A DNA stretch of 64,000 bases, taken from assembly GCA_965198175.1 (NCBI GenBank), contig OZ240245.1:4576001-4640000 (forward strand), in the 5' to 3' direction. The position numbers and the translations under genes were made by a program. Positions 31,295 through 41,763 of the stretch are shown here, piece after piece. Under the pieces are notes generated by a model. It saw only the letters and a program-made list of their open reading frames with translations. It made no database searches and was not told where the DNA came from. How positions within the stretch are numbered: position 1 is the first letter of the stretch; every line of letters starts with the position of its first letter. This stretch comes from Candidatus Poribacteria bacterium. GTDB lineage: Bacteria > Poribacteria > WGA-4E > PCPOR2b.

Positions 31295-32254
31295 TTATTC
31301 AGTCGTTACGCTTGAAGCGAGAGGTTGATGCCGAAACCAATCAATAGTTTTTCGCAAGCCGGCTTTAAGACTAACGTGCGGCTGATAGCCTAGTAGACGC
31401 TGTGCCTTGCTGATGTCCGCACGTGAATGCCGAACATCGCCAACACGCTGCGGTCCGTAGATAGGGTTGGTATCAAGTTCCATCAACTCACCGATGAGGG
31501 CGCCTAGTCGGTTGATTGATGTTTGCTCACCACACCCGATATTAAAGACTGTTCCAGCAACACCCTCAGCATGACAGGCGAGGAGATTGGCATGAACCGC
31601 ATTTCCAACGTAAGTAAAATCTCTCGATTGTTCTCCATCTCCATCAATCGTTGGAGAATGACCGTTTAGTCCGGCACAAATAAATCGAGGAATGACTGCG
31701 GAATAGGGAGAGTTCGGATTTTGGCGGGGACCAAAGATATTGAAATATCGTAACGCAACAGTTTCAAGACCGTATATTTCGGTAAAGATTCGGCAATAAC
31801 ATTCACCAACGTATTTGGTGAGCGCATACGGAGAAGCCGGTTGAGAAGGGAGGTTTTCAGATCTAGGCAGCGTAGGCAAATTTCCATAGGAAGATGAGGA
31901 AGCCGCATAAACGATGCGCTTGACACCAGCATCCTTCGCAGCAACAAGGATATTCAATGTTCCTCTGATGTTCACATCGTTGCTGTGGATTGGGTCAGCG
32001 ACGGATCTCGCAACGGAAGGCAAAGCCCCATGATGCAGAATATAATCGACTCCGGCAACAGCCCCTTGCACCGCCTCAAGATCCCGCAAATCCCCTTTGA
32101 TAAACTCAATCCGATCCTTCACCGTCGCTATGTTATCGGTTGTGCCTGTCGCACAGTTATCGAATACACGAACCTGTTCATTGCATTTTACCAATGCCTC
32201 AACCAGATGGGACGCGATGAATCCACAGCCGCCCGTGACTAAGTAACGCGCCAT
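31295..32254 (-). CDS. NAD-dependent nucleotide-sugar epimerase/dehydratase
   Basis: TGGCGFIAS, YALTK, RYFNIFGP, RDFTYV. Confidence 0.9.
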   Translation of the reverse strand: MARYLVTGGCGFIASHLVEALVKCNEQVRVFDNCATGTTDNIATVKDRIEFIKGDLRDLEAVQGAVAGVDYILHHGALPSVARSVADPIHSNDVNIRGTLNILVAAKDAGVKRIVYAASSSSYGNLPTLPRSENLPSQPASPYALTKYVGECYCRIFTEIYGLETVALRYFNIFGPRQNPNSPYSAVIPRFICAGLNGHSPTIDGDGEQSRDFTYVGNAVHANLLACHAEGVAGTVFNIGCGEQTSINRLGALIGELMELDTNPIYGPQRVGDVRHSRADISKAQRLLGYQPHVSLKAGLRKTIDWFRHQPLASSVTTE

Positions 32255-32292
32255 AAACTTCCCCTTAACACAGGAACATGGTCTCCTTTCAT

Positions 32293-32601
32293 CTACGTTT
32301 CTGAAACATGTACCCGCTCAATCTCATTTGATACGAGCCACGCCAAAAAATCCTCTTGCTCCGATGTGATTTCAATCTCTGCCTGATTTCGATCGTCGAG
32401 TGGTGAGATGAGATAGAACACTCCCGCATCGAGCAACTCAGAGGTAAGTTCGAGGGGGAAAGAATAGTCGTTGGGTTCTTTGTTATCTCGAATTTTACCG
32501 TCAGTAAAGTAGTGCAGTTGCCCGCGTAATGTTCGAGAAATTTCGTAAGGTTCGAGATTTGGTTTGTCTGCCGCGACAGCGAGATACTTTGCCATCCCCA
32601 T
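32293..32601 (-). CDS. Hypothetical protein
   Basis: 102-aa ORF co-oriented with the neighbouring operon. Confidence 0.55.
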   Translation of the reverse strand: MGMAKYLAVAADKPNLEPYEISRTLRGQLHYFTDGKIRDNKEPNDYSFPLELTSELLDAGVFYLISPLDDRNQAEIEITSEQEDFLAWLVSNEIERVHVSET

Positions 32602-32769
32602 TTTAACCTGAGTGAGTTAGGAGTAAGAAATGAAGTTCAAGACATTCTTGCTTGAAATATCCTGATGCGCAAGGGTAGCTAGACGGACTTTCTCCGTATG
32701 ATCTCATATTATACTGTTTCCAAGAGTGGAATTCAACGTGTTTCTATGGCTAAGTCAGTAAAGTTTTAC

Positions 32770-32952
32770 TTGCGTACGATCTTGAATCTTTGCTATAATC
32801 AATATAATTGCTGAACGGATACCGTCCGGACAAATCTCAGGAGACTTTGAACCACGTCATTCGATATGTGTTATCGCTAGGAACGAAGCGGCTAATGGCG
32901 AATCCAACCTGATGATTTTGGACTTGCGACAACGAAGGCTATACAGTATAAT
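32770..32952 (+). promoter_or_regulatory. Two tandem sigma70-like promoters
   Basis: TTGCGT-N18-TATAAT (32770-32799) and TTGCGA-N17-TATAAT (32924-32952). Confidence 0.5.
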
Positions 32953-33075
32953 GTAGCAATCTTCAGAGGCTTTCAAATGCGATACTTTAATCTTAAGTGA
33001 TGTTCACGCTAATCTCAGTCTAATAAACGCCTTCACCCATCGTTGCAATCTGCATAAAATCGCGTTTCAGCCACA

Positions 33076-33738
33076 ATGGCAATTACCCAAACAGACAAGG
33101 CTGTCATTTTTGCGTGTGCTACGACTTTTCTCACGTTCCTGATTAACGCCAAACGTGGGTCCATCTGGCTGCTCTATCTGAACGTGTTAATAATAACCGG
33201 TGTATTTGGTTTTACGCTCCGGAGGTGGGATGAATTTTCACATTTGTCACGTAGTGTGATTACTAGCGCGATTGCATTGATCGTTTATCTGCCGCTAGAT
33301 TGGTATATCTCACAGAAAGTTCATCTTATTTTCTACCTGAGCCTGAACGATGTTCGGGTGCCCGCTGTTCCCTTGAGCTTGCTATTGACTTGGGTGGTTG
33401 CTTTAACCGTAACTATCTATTCTTATCAACGTCTCAGTTCAATTTGGAAGTACCCTTACATCTCGGCGGTGATTACTGGCGCTGCTGTTTTTATCAGCAG
33501 CGTTGTTTTGGATCGACTAGGGTCAGCACGATTGTGGAACTGGAACGCGAGTTACCTTGAGAATTTTCCTTATATCGGAACCATCCCAGCCTTTGTCCCG
33601 ATAGCCCTTTCGTTGACCATTTTGCTTTCCCCATATTACTTCCGTGGACAAAACCTGATTGTGGCTGGGCTCCGATGCGGCATTTGTATGGGTGCCATGC
33701 AATTTTTCGGCTTTTTACTGTTTTTTTATTATCTCTAG
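33076..33738 (+). CDS. Hypothetical polytopic membrane protein
   Basis: About 7 hydrophobic segments; lies just upstream of hslV. Confidence 0.7.
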   Translation: MAITQTDKAVIFACATTFLTFLINAKRGSIWLLYLNVLIITGVFGFTLRRWDEFSHLSRSVITSAIALIVYLPLDWYISQKVHLIFYLSLNDVRVPAVPLSLLLTWVVALTVTIYSYQRLSSIWKYPYISAVITGAAVFISSVVLDRLGSARLWNWNASYLENFPYIGTIPAFVPIALSLTILLSPYYFRGQNLIVAGLRCGICMGAMQFFGFLLFFYYL

Positions 33739-33749
33739 GACTTCCGCAA

Positions 33750-34283
33750 ATGATTAAATCAACAACCATTCTGAGTGTACGTCGTGGTAAACAGGTGGCA
33801 ATTGGCGGCGATGGGCAGGTCACTTTAGGGGATATTGCAATTAAACATGGTGCCAAAAAAATTCGTAAAGTCTATAACGATTGCGTCCTTTTGGGATTTG
33901 CAGGATCGGCTTCTGATGCGCTTGCGCTGTATGAGAAGTTAGAGAATAAGTTGGAACAGTATCGCGGTAATCTTCGGAGAGCGGCTGTCGAGCTTGCAAG
34001 GGATTGGCGAAGCGATCGCATTCTCAGGCGCATAGACGCTTTGATGATTGCCGTCGATGCCGAGGGGGCGTATCTACTTTCGGGAGGTGGAGACGTTATC
34101 TCGCCCGACGATGGAACATTAGCCATTGGATCCGGCGGTTCAATCGCAATGGCAGCCGCTAAAGCCTTATTGAATCACTCTGCTTTTACTGCTGCAGAAA
34201 TCGTCGAGGAAGCTTTGAAGATTACAAGCGGTATCTGCATTTATACGAATAGCCAGATCGATATTGAGTCAATTGAAATCTAG
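33750..34283 (+). CDS. hslV: ATP-dependent protease subunit HslV
   Basis: STTILSV, GDGQVT, AIGSGG, CIYTN. Confidence 0.97.
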   Translation: MIKSTTILSVRRGKQVAIGGDGQVTLGDIAIKHGAKKIRKVYNDCVLLGFAGSASDALALYEKLENKLEQYRGNLRRAAVELARDWRSDRILRRIDALMIAVDAEGAYLLSGGGDVISPDDGTLAIGSGGSIAMAAAKALLNHSAFTAAEIVEEALKITSGICIYTNSQIDIESIEI

Positions 34284-34392
34284 CGGTTCTTCACTTGGGT
34301 TAGCCCAGGCCCTAATTTAATTTTCGCTAGACAACCCGCGAATTCACTCACGCTGGCATCTTGAAACTGACGAAGAAATTGGAGGTTTACTT

Positions 34393-35880
34393 TTGGAGAC
34401 ACTGTCGCTTTCACCCAAGAAAACACTAGCAGATGCACTCACGCCAAGACAGATTGTTGAAGCGCTTGATAAATATATTATCGGACAGTCCGAAGCGAAA
34501 CGCGCAGTAGCAATTGCTCTCCGTAACCGCGCCCGACGGCAGATGCTTGAAGAGGATATGCGGGATGAAGTTGCACCGAAAAACATCATCATGATTGGTT
34601 CAACCGGAATTGGGAAAACTGAAATCGCTCGTCGTTTAGCGCGTTTGGTTGATGCCCCCTTTATTAAGGTCGAAGCTTCAAAATACACAGAAGTCGGCTA
34701 CGTCGGTCGCGATGTCGAGTCTATGATTCGGGACTTAACGGATTTGGCAGTCAACATGGTCAGAGCTGAGCAAACCGAAGCGGTTAAGGAAAAGGCGCTG
34801 GAACAGGTGGAAGATCGACTATTGGATTGTTTGTTGCCACCACCCCGTTCGATAAAGAAGCAGAAGTCCATTGAAGAAGATGATGACGATGAAGAAGCAG
34901 AGACAAACGAAGCGTTGGCGTTCGACTTGGAAATTGAAGATGGCGAAGAGATTGAACCGGATCAAGAAGAGGTTATCAGTGAACAAGAGAAGGCAAGATA
35001 CTTGCGCACGCGAGAAAAATTTCGCAAGATGCTTCGAGACGGCAAACTCGAAGATAAACCTGTTGAAATCAGCGTGAAGAACCAAAGCGTTCCATTTATT
35101 GAAATCTTTTCCCCTGCGGGCATTGAAGAGATGGACATCAACTTGAAGGACATGTTCGGTAGCTTTCTGCCCAAGAAAGTGAAGAAACGCCGTGTCACAG
35201 TCGAAGAAGCACGTCATATTCTTATGCAAGAGGAGGCAGAAAAGCTGATTGATATGGATAAGGTTGTCGGCGAAGCTATCGCGCGAGTCGAAAATTCAGG
35301 GATTGTTTTTCTGGATGAGATTGATAAAATTGCTGGACGAGAATCGAAATCGGGACCAGATGTTTCACGAGAAGGTGTTCAACGGGATATCTTACCGATT
35401 ATCGAAGGATGTACGGTAGCGACAAAGTACGGCATGGTGCGTACCGATCACGTCCTATTCATCGCCGCGGGCGCCTTCCACGCCTCCAAGCCGTCGGACC
35501 TTATTCCAGAGTTGCAAGGACGTTTCCCAATTCGGGTTGAACTCAAGAATTTGGATCAGCACGACTTTAAACGAATTCTCACGGAGCCGAAAAACGCTTT
35601 AGAGAAGCAATACATCGCAATGTTGAGAACGGAGGATGTTGAGGTATGTATCACTGAGGATGCGATTGACGAAATCGCCGCTTTAGCGTTTCAGGTCAAC
35701 GAGTCGGTGGAAGATATCGGTGCTCGCCGTTTACATACTATTATGGAAAGGCTCTTTGATGACCTCTCTTTCAACGCCCCAGGCATGGAGGAGCGAGAAA
35801 TTACAATTGATGCGAATTATGTCAGCAAGCAGCTAGCGGAAGTTGTGAAGGATCAAGATCTCAGCAAATACATTCTCTGA
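34393..35880 (+). CDS. hslU: ATP-dependent protease ATPase HslU
   Basis: [37 protein letters not shown]. Confidence 0.97.
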   Translation: METLSLSPKKTLADALTPRQIVEALDKYIIGQSEAKRAVAIALRNRARRQMLEEDMRDEVAPKNIIMIGSTGIGKTEIARRLARLVDAPFIKVEASKYTEVGYVGRDVESMIRDLTDLAVNMVRAEQTEAVKEKALEQVEDRLLDCLLPPPRSIKKQKSIEEDDDDEEAETNEALAFDLEIEDGEEIEPDQEEVISEQEKARYLRTREKFRKMLRDGKLEDKPVEISVKNQSVPFIEIFSPAGIEEMDINLKDMFGSFLPKKVKKRRVTVEEARHILMQEEAEKLIDMDKVVGEAIARVENSGIVFLDEIDKIAGRESKSGPDVSREGVQRDILPIIEGCTVATKYGMVRTDHVLFIAAGAFHASKPSDLIPELQGRFPIRVELKNLDQHDFKRILTEPKNALEKQYIAMLRTEDVEVCITEDAIDEIAALAFQVNESVEDIGARRLHTIMERLFDDLSFNAPGMEEREITIDANYVSKQLAEVVKDQDLSKYIL

Positions 35881-36103
35881 AGTTGACGCGGTTGTCGACA
35901 GGCTTTAATTGGCTCTGCGGCGAGATTTTAAGGCGCTAGGAAGCAAAAAAGAACTCAATGAGCATTGGCATCACTATTGTCCTGGATTCAATCAATCTTG
36001 ATCGAGGCTTACTGCTAATCCGTGGTGTTTCAAAATTAACAACAACGAATCGTCCAGAAACTCCTTATTTTCTTGCGGTCTACTACCATCCTTTTTAATT
36101 CCC

Positions 36104-36393
36104 GTTGAGACCAACCCTTTGGAGCGCAATCACCGAAGAAGCACTTCACTTTCATTTTGATGAGGCGACATCGGTAGAATGCTCCTTAATAAGGTTAGAA
36201 TTTCCCAAGAATATGGGAATTCCTTAGAGAAAACTCCGCATCTAGAGAATACAGTCAGTGTAAGGATGGAAGCATATTACAGAAGGACATCTATCCTCTT
36301 GAAAATATGGGAACTCATAACCAGAGGTCCCCGCACATAGACACTACCACTAGGGGCAAGATGGAGACACACTTGAAGATAGTCATCCATCCT
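36104..36393 (-). repeat. Conserved ~290-bp non-coding element, copy 1
   Basis: Aligns with 42601-42877 and 45790-46017; strand inferred. Confidence 0.85.
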
Positions 36394-36441
36394 TTCTCAT
36401 GCTTTTTCTATACCTGTTGATAACAAGCTAGATAAATCAGC

Positions 36442-36526
36442 GTTTTGTTTATAATTGTGGCGGTATCCAGAGTCCTGTATTTGCCGGTTGGAATTGTTGA
36501 TTCGTTCAAGGAAATTTAGAAGCGTG
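36442..36526 (-). mobile_element. Partial REP/MITE-like internal segment
   Basis: Highly similar to 46335-46420; reverse complement resembles the interior of 41521-41749. Confidence 0.65.
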
Positions 36527-36583
36527 TCATTAGTTAGGGTTAGCCCAACGGCAGAAAATCACAATCGGGTAGTTGTTCGGGAT

Positions 36584-37276
36584 TCATTGGATTCTGTTTG
36601 TTACATCGCCATACCTGTCCCGTGTAACCACAGTGCCTTTACCGTCCCAGTTCGTGCCGATATACACCACTCCGGTGTCTTCGAGGAGCCATTCACCAAG
36701 CACACTGTCTCCGAGAACCACCTTCACGTTATCTTCCCCATCCAAAACCCTTATATCGGTACATTCAATAAAACCAGATCTACCTCCTCCGACTCTGCCG
36801 CCTACGCGTACAACCCCACCTCCTGTGCCTTCATGGATGCCGATAAATGTCGTTCCGTTGTCTAAGAAGGTCGCAGAATGTTCATCGTAAGCATAGCCGC
36901 TGAGAGCCACCTTCGCGAAACCCATTGTATCGGCGACCCTTATCGTGTTACATTCAATTGTGCCGCCCCTTTTGAAAGGATAAGCATTAGAGTAGTTGGC
37001 ACTGACGCTCACAATCCCGCCAAATCGGTCGGCACCAATAAATACCGCTTCGTTGTCTTTGTTGTTGTAGCGCCCAAACTCATCGCCACTGATAAGCACC
37101 TTCACGTTACCTTCCTCATCAACTACCCTTAACGTGGTGCACTCAATCTCCCCGAACCTATCTCTTTGCGCGGTGACTGGGGACGCCAACATCCCCATAA
37201 TCGTGCAAAGAGACCCGAACAGACAACCGAACCCCGCATAAGCCAACTTGACCTTCCAGTTCTGAAACGTAAACAT
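36584..37276 (-). CDS. Exported Gly-rich beta-repeat protein (QRDxFGEIECT family), paralog 1
   Basis: N-terminal TM/signal; three IECxx[LI]RVxDxxxxxKV repeats. Confidence 0.75.
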   Translation of the reverse strand: MFTFQNWKVKLAYAGFGCLFGSLCTIMGMLASPVTAQRDRFGEIECTTLRVVDEEGNVKVLISGDEFGRYNNKDNEAVFIGADRFGGIVSVSANYSNAYPFKRGGTIECNTIRVADTMGFAKVALSGYAYDEHSATFLDNGTTFIGIHEGTGGGVVRVGGRVGGGRSGFIECTDIRVLDGEDNVKVVLGDSVLGEWLLEDTGVVYIGTNWDGKGTVVTRDRYGDVTNRIQ

Positions 37277-37387
37277 TGTATTTCTCCCTTCGTGTATGAA
37301 AGTGAATCTGGAGCACCATTGTGATTTGTGCATCCGTTATTGTGGATCACCGTGATCATCCACTGTCTTTTTCAAAGCACGGAGAAT

Positions 37388-38578
37388 CTAGAATTGCTGT
37401 CGCCATCGCTCTAACATTTCGCACGCCTTTGATTCCCACGCGCCGGGTAGAACATTAAAGCCCCAAAGAAGCTGACTTAGTGAATTAACAATGACATTGT
37501 TAGCCTTTTCGGATTCCATTAGTTCACGAGCACAACATTTAATAGAAGCCGAAATCTCGGAGTCTAGAGTCTGTCGGGTTTGAATTCGATCATAATGGGG
37601 TTCGTCACCAAACATAAGTTTTTCGCCACCTACGTCTCGCAATTTTGATGTAATCTCAACATCACCTAAATACTGGCATCTCTGGTAAAAATTTTTCGCC
37701 ACTTCAATCAGTTTGAAATGATTCTCAAGGAGTTCACGAAACTCAAGATACTCATTCTGTTTGTCATCTTTGGGCCTGTGGCCAGCTTTAAAAGGACTTT
37801 TATGTAGCTTTTCTCTCATATAAATGATGCCGTGTTCATTTATTTCCTGATACAGTGGCGAGGCCACGAAACAGACGCCACCGATAACTTGTCTTGTGCC
37901 AAAGTCGGGTGCAGCATCATTAAATGGGATAAACTGTCGTGCTCGCACATACTCGTAAATATCCAAAGGTGAGATTAACGGGCGATAGGGAAATACAGGA
38001 CGTGCAATTAGGGTAAGGTTCGGAACTGACTGGATAGTTAAACTCCAATAATCGGCTACCCGATCGTCAACCCGATTTATAATTCGGTCACTGAGTTCCT
38101 GCGGTTTCTCTCTCCGTTTCAGCATATATTCAATTCTGTCAATGTCAGCCAGTTGTGTGGTACTACCGACGCGGATATATACTTTAGTGGAATTTTGAAT
38201 TGCGTGCGGGGCTTCCGCGCTTTCATTGACGCGAACAAGTACAACCACGTTGCCGGTTTTGCCTGGAACATCGCACACTTTCACTTCGGGAATAACAGGA
38301 GGGTAAATCCCAGTGTACGCACTTTCTACAATCTGTTCTTCGATTCCAGGTTTGTTTGGTATACCTTCAATGGGCAATTTAGCCCTATTGTTTTCATCTG
38401 TCACAACGCCGATTATCAAGAACCCACCAAACATATTTGCAAAAGACGATATACTTTTACGTCTGTTTTCGCCACCAGGAAGCTCTTGTTTGTATTCAAC
38501 TCGATCCCCTTCAGACCATGTTTTGCAAAACGTCTCAATATCATCAAATTCGATTTCACTAAATGGTTTCGTAAACAT
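37388..38578 (-). CDS. AlbA_2/Schlafen-domain protein
   Basis: EGDRVEYK, ISSFANMFGGFLIIGV, APH...VYIRVGSTT. Confidence 0.85.
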   Translation of the reverse strand: MFTKPFSEIEFDDIETFCKTWSEGDRVEYKQELPGGENRRKSISSFANMFGGFLIIGVVTDENNRAKLPIEGIPNKPGIEEQIVESAYTGIYPPVIPEVKVCDVPGKTGNVVVLVRVNESAEAPHAIQNSTKVYIRVGSTTQLADIDRIEYMLKRREKPQELSDRIINRVDDRVADYWSLTIQSVPNLTLIARPVFPYRPLISPLDIYEYVRARQFIPFNDAAPDFGTRQVIGGVCFVASPLYQEINEHGIIYMREKLHKSPFKAGHRPKDDKQNEYLEFRELLENHFKLIEVAKNFYQRCQYLGDVEITSKLRDVGGEKLMFGDEPHYDRIQTRQTLDSEISASIKCCARELMESEKANNVIVNSLSQLLWGFNVLPGAWESKACEMLERWRQQF

Positions 38579-38614
38579 AGGAATTATCCTAATATGATTA
38601 TTCGATTATTGTGG

Positions 38615-39463
38615 CTACTGTCGATAGCCGTTCTTGTCCCACGTTGTCACAGTGCCTTTGCCATGCTCATCGAAGGCGAGCATCGCCTGCGATGCTCCAT
38701 CTTTCCCAAAGACATCGACACGCCCTCCATATTCGTCCACGCCGAGTGCTGCAAGCGATTGTCCATGTTTACTCATAACAACAAATCGACCGCCATGTTC
38801 AGTAATAACAAGCCCCGATACCGATTCAAGCAGACGTTCTTGGTATCTCTCCTTACCCGACTTTTCCTCGTCTATGTACGAAACAGGATACCTGTGTATT
38901 ACCCTAATCCCGCCGTGATTAGTCTTCTCGTCGAAATCAATTTCCACTACATCCTGTGTTTTTCCTCCACTCCCAAAAGGCCTCCCCTGATGAAAACTCA
39001 TCCCAGCACCTTTGCCGTAGACAGAGAATGTCCCGCCATGTTCGTTGCAACTAAGACGCACTGCTTCTTCTGTCAGATCGCTGGGCGCCGGCGCCAGTGC
39101 TTTATCACCACGAATCTGCGCCTCTTGCGATTTTCGGACATATTCCAGTGGGTCATAATACGGTACCGTCTTATCAACACCAACCTCTCCTGGACCAAGA
39201 TATGCCCGCCCAAATGTCCCCGAAGCAGTGAAACTGTGTGCGGAGACTGACCCGCCATCGATATGGACGAATACACTATCGTCCCATATACTCACCTTCG
39301 CCGCAGTGCTACCATCTTTGCGTAAAACCTGCACAACGTCCTGCGGGGCAGTCCTATGACTAGTGTCCGCACGACCGCCGTTGAGAACTAACCGCACGTT
39401 TCCGTCCGAATCAACAACCTCTAATCTTGAACACTGTATTGTTTCAAATTTATCTTTTTGCAT
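38615..39463 (-). CDS. Gly-rich beta-repeat protein, paralog 2 (no signal peptide)
   Basis: QKDKFETIQCSRLEVVDSDG; C-terminal GKGTVTTWDKNGYR; RBS AAGGAGG. Confidence 0.75.
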   Translation of the reverse strand: MQKDKFETIQCSRLEVVDSDGNVRLVLNGGRADTSHRTAPQDVVQVLRKDGSTAAKVSIWDDSVFVHIDGGSVSAHSFTASGTFGRAYLGPGEVGVDKTVPYYDPLEYVRKSQEAQIRGDKALAPAPSDLTEEAVRLSCNEHGGTFSVYGKGAGMSFHQGRPFGSGGKTQDVVEIDFDEKTNHGGIRVIHRYPVSYIDEEKSGKERYQERLLESVSGLVITEHGGRFVVMSKHGQSLAALGVDEYGGRVDVFGKDGASQAMLAFDEHGKGTVTTWDKNGYRQ

Positions 39464-40301
39464 CGTGATTCCCTCCTTTTGAGTTTGAGTATTCACTTGC
39501 TCATTTACCATACTTGAACCGGGCAATTGCGTCGCGTTCTGCTAGCCCTCCCCACGCATAATGCCCCGGCATCTTCGAATTGCGCCATCGCCGGCAGTTT
39601 GCATATTCACCAGCGACGTCCTAGCTTGCGCTAGGGAGACCGCAGAGCCGACTCGAAGCGGGTGTCCGAAGATGAATTCCCCAACACTCCCTTCGGCCGC
39701 CCTTAACCGCATTTTGGAACGATACTAATTGCCTTTGGCCCCTCATGTCCATCTCCCTCTAGATAGAATTGTCGTTGTTGATTTTTGTCAAACACTCCCT
39801 TATTCTGAAGCTGAAAAGACTTCGCCGGTTGCCACCCGAGCTCTCCGCTAAAATTACTCCAGGTTGTCGCATGAATCGCCATGATTGGATATTCTCTATA
39901 GGCAAATTCACCGGAGCGCACTTTTAATGCATGAATTAGCGCGCGGCGATTTCCATCCGTGACGTAGAATGAACCCTCTAGGTTTTCTTTTCCGTCATTT
40001 AACCCGCCGGAGCGTGTGCTATCGGGATTTGAAAGATTGCGAATCCATAATTTACCCATGCGACCATAATCAAACGACTTACTCAACGACAGAATTCGTG
40101 CAAACCACTCATCACAGCTATCACTTGTATCCTTGAGCGCCATACCGAGTTTGTCCCAAACTGATCCGCCGTGTCCAGGAAAGGCCAATATCTTTTTCAA
40201 AACTTTTTCAACCGCCTCACACAGACGAACCGAACATGACGACTTTAGAAAAAATTTGCCGTCTTCCTCAAACCGAGGAGGTGCATTAAATAAAACTAAG
40301 T

Positions 40302-41392
40302 TAGGACTTACGCGGAGCAGATAGACACGGGGAGTAAAAAGCAGTAAAATAACGAACGAGGAGGTAAGTATGGTGAAACCAACCCGGCTTGATTACTGTC
40401 AGTATCTGCTGAGCAGTCCAATTAACTATACCTTAACGCACTTCGCCGACCACAGCGAAGATTTCAGTCATGATATGATAAACCGTTATCTGGCGGGAGA
40501 TTGTATTCCTCCTCGCTTGGTGTGGGAAAACGTTAAACCTCATCTGGTTCAAGTTGAAGAAGGATATGTCATCTTTGATGACACGGTTTTAGATAAAAAG
40601 CACGCTAGGCATATTGAGTTAGTACGTCGTCAATACAGTGGCAACGCCCGGGGTGTTATCAACGGCATCGGAGTAGTTACTTGTGTCTATGTGAATCCAC
40701 TGCTAGACCGTTTCTGGGTAATTGACTACCGGATTTACGACCCAGAAGGAGACGGCAAAACGAAGTTAGACCACGTCAGAGACATGTTATCTCTACTGGT
40801 CTACCAGAGACAACTTCTCTTTCAAGCAGTGCTAATGGACAGTTGGTATGCTACCAAAACCGTGATGCTACACATTGAAAACTTGGGAAAAGTCTACTAC
40901 TGCCCACTAAAAACCAATCGGCTGGTTGACGATTCAAACGCCAATAAACCGTACCAACGCATTGACAACTTAGCTTGGACACCGACCGAACTTCATGAAG
41001 GCAAACGTATCAAAATCAAAGGGTTTCCCAGAGACCACAAGGTGAAATTATTTCGGGTGGCGTCTGATACCGGACGCACGGATTATGTCGTCACTAACGA
41101 CTTAGCACAAAACGACACTTCAGTGACACAACAGGCGTGTAACTGCCGGTGGAAGATTGAGCAATTTCACCGTGAAGCCAAACAACTCACCGGTCTCGAA
41201 AAATGTCAATGTCGATTGGCACGGATTGTTCGCAACCATATCGGTTGTGCATTGTTAGTTTGGATTCGACTTGCAACTATGGCGTACCAGACTGGACGAA
41301 CCATTTATCAGGTTAAACACGGGATGCTGCAAGCGTATTTACGACAACAGTTAAAATCTCCGGCTATTAACATGGTGCTTGCGTAAGTCCTA
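40302..41392 (+). mobile_element. IS701-family insertion sequence
   Basis: TIR TAGGACTTACGC / GCGTAAGTCCTA; TAAGT duplicated at 40297-40301 and 41393-41397. Confidence 0.9.
40370..41386 (+). CDS. IS701-family DDE transposase
   Basis: FDDTVLDK, MDSWY, RWKIEQFHREAKQLTG. Confidence 0.92.
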   Translation: MVKPTRLDYCQYLLSSPINYTLTHFADHSEDFSHDMINRYLAGDCIPPRLVWENVKPHLVQVEEGYVIFDDTVLDKKHARHIELVRRQYSGNARGVINGIGVVTCVYVNPLLDRFWVIDYRIYDPEGDGKTKLDHVRDMLSLLVYQRQLLFQAVLMDSWYATKTVMLHIENLGKVYYCPLKTNRLVDDSNANKPYQRIDNLAWTPTELHEGKRIKIKGFPRDHKVKLFRVASDTGRTDYVVTNDLAQNDTSVTQQACNCRWKIEQFHREAKQLTGLEKCQCRLARIVRNHIGCALLVWIRLATMAYQTGRTIYQVKHGMLQAYLRQQLKSPAINMVLA

Positions 41393-41520
41393 TAAGTTAT
41401 TAAATCCTTCCTCAGAAAGCGTAATATAGGTATAAACAACGCCTTCTGTCGACCCCTCAAATTCAATCATTTTTTCTTCCCCTACTTTTTGACCGGAGAA
41501 AACTCTGTCCGCTCACCAGC

Positions 41521-41749
41521 TTTTGTAGGTTGGGTAGAGCCGAAGGCGAAACCCAACGTTTCTAAAGCGTTACGAAATCATCGACCGATCCGAACGGCAA
41601 ATACACAATATTAGACACACCACAAAAGCACAGACATGAAAAGCGTTGGGTTTCGCTTCATGGTAACAAGAGTGAAACAAACTCACCTTCCGAACGTCTC
41701 ACTCCCTATGTCGTCTGTTTCTCAACTCCGCTCTACCCAACCTACAAAA
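41521..41749. mobile_element. GTAG-type REP doublet (REPIN/MITE-like)
   Basis: Perfect 20-bp terminal IR TTTTGTAGGTTGGGTAGAGC / GCTCTACCCAACCTACAAAA; inner GAAACCCAACG / CGTTGGGTTTC. Confidence 0.8.
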
Positions 41750-41763
41750 ACTTAAAACACGAT

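Larger units (their letters stand above)
39703..41470 (-). pseudogene. Hypothetical gene (DGNRR, ParB/Srx-like motif) interrupted by IS701
   Basis: Removing the IS plus one TAAGT copy restores a continuous ~223-aa frame from ATG 41470. Confidence 0.8.

Noticed and set aside
38153..39250. 365-aa plus-strand ORF
   Set aside because: Antisense shadow of two better-supported minus-strand genes.
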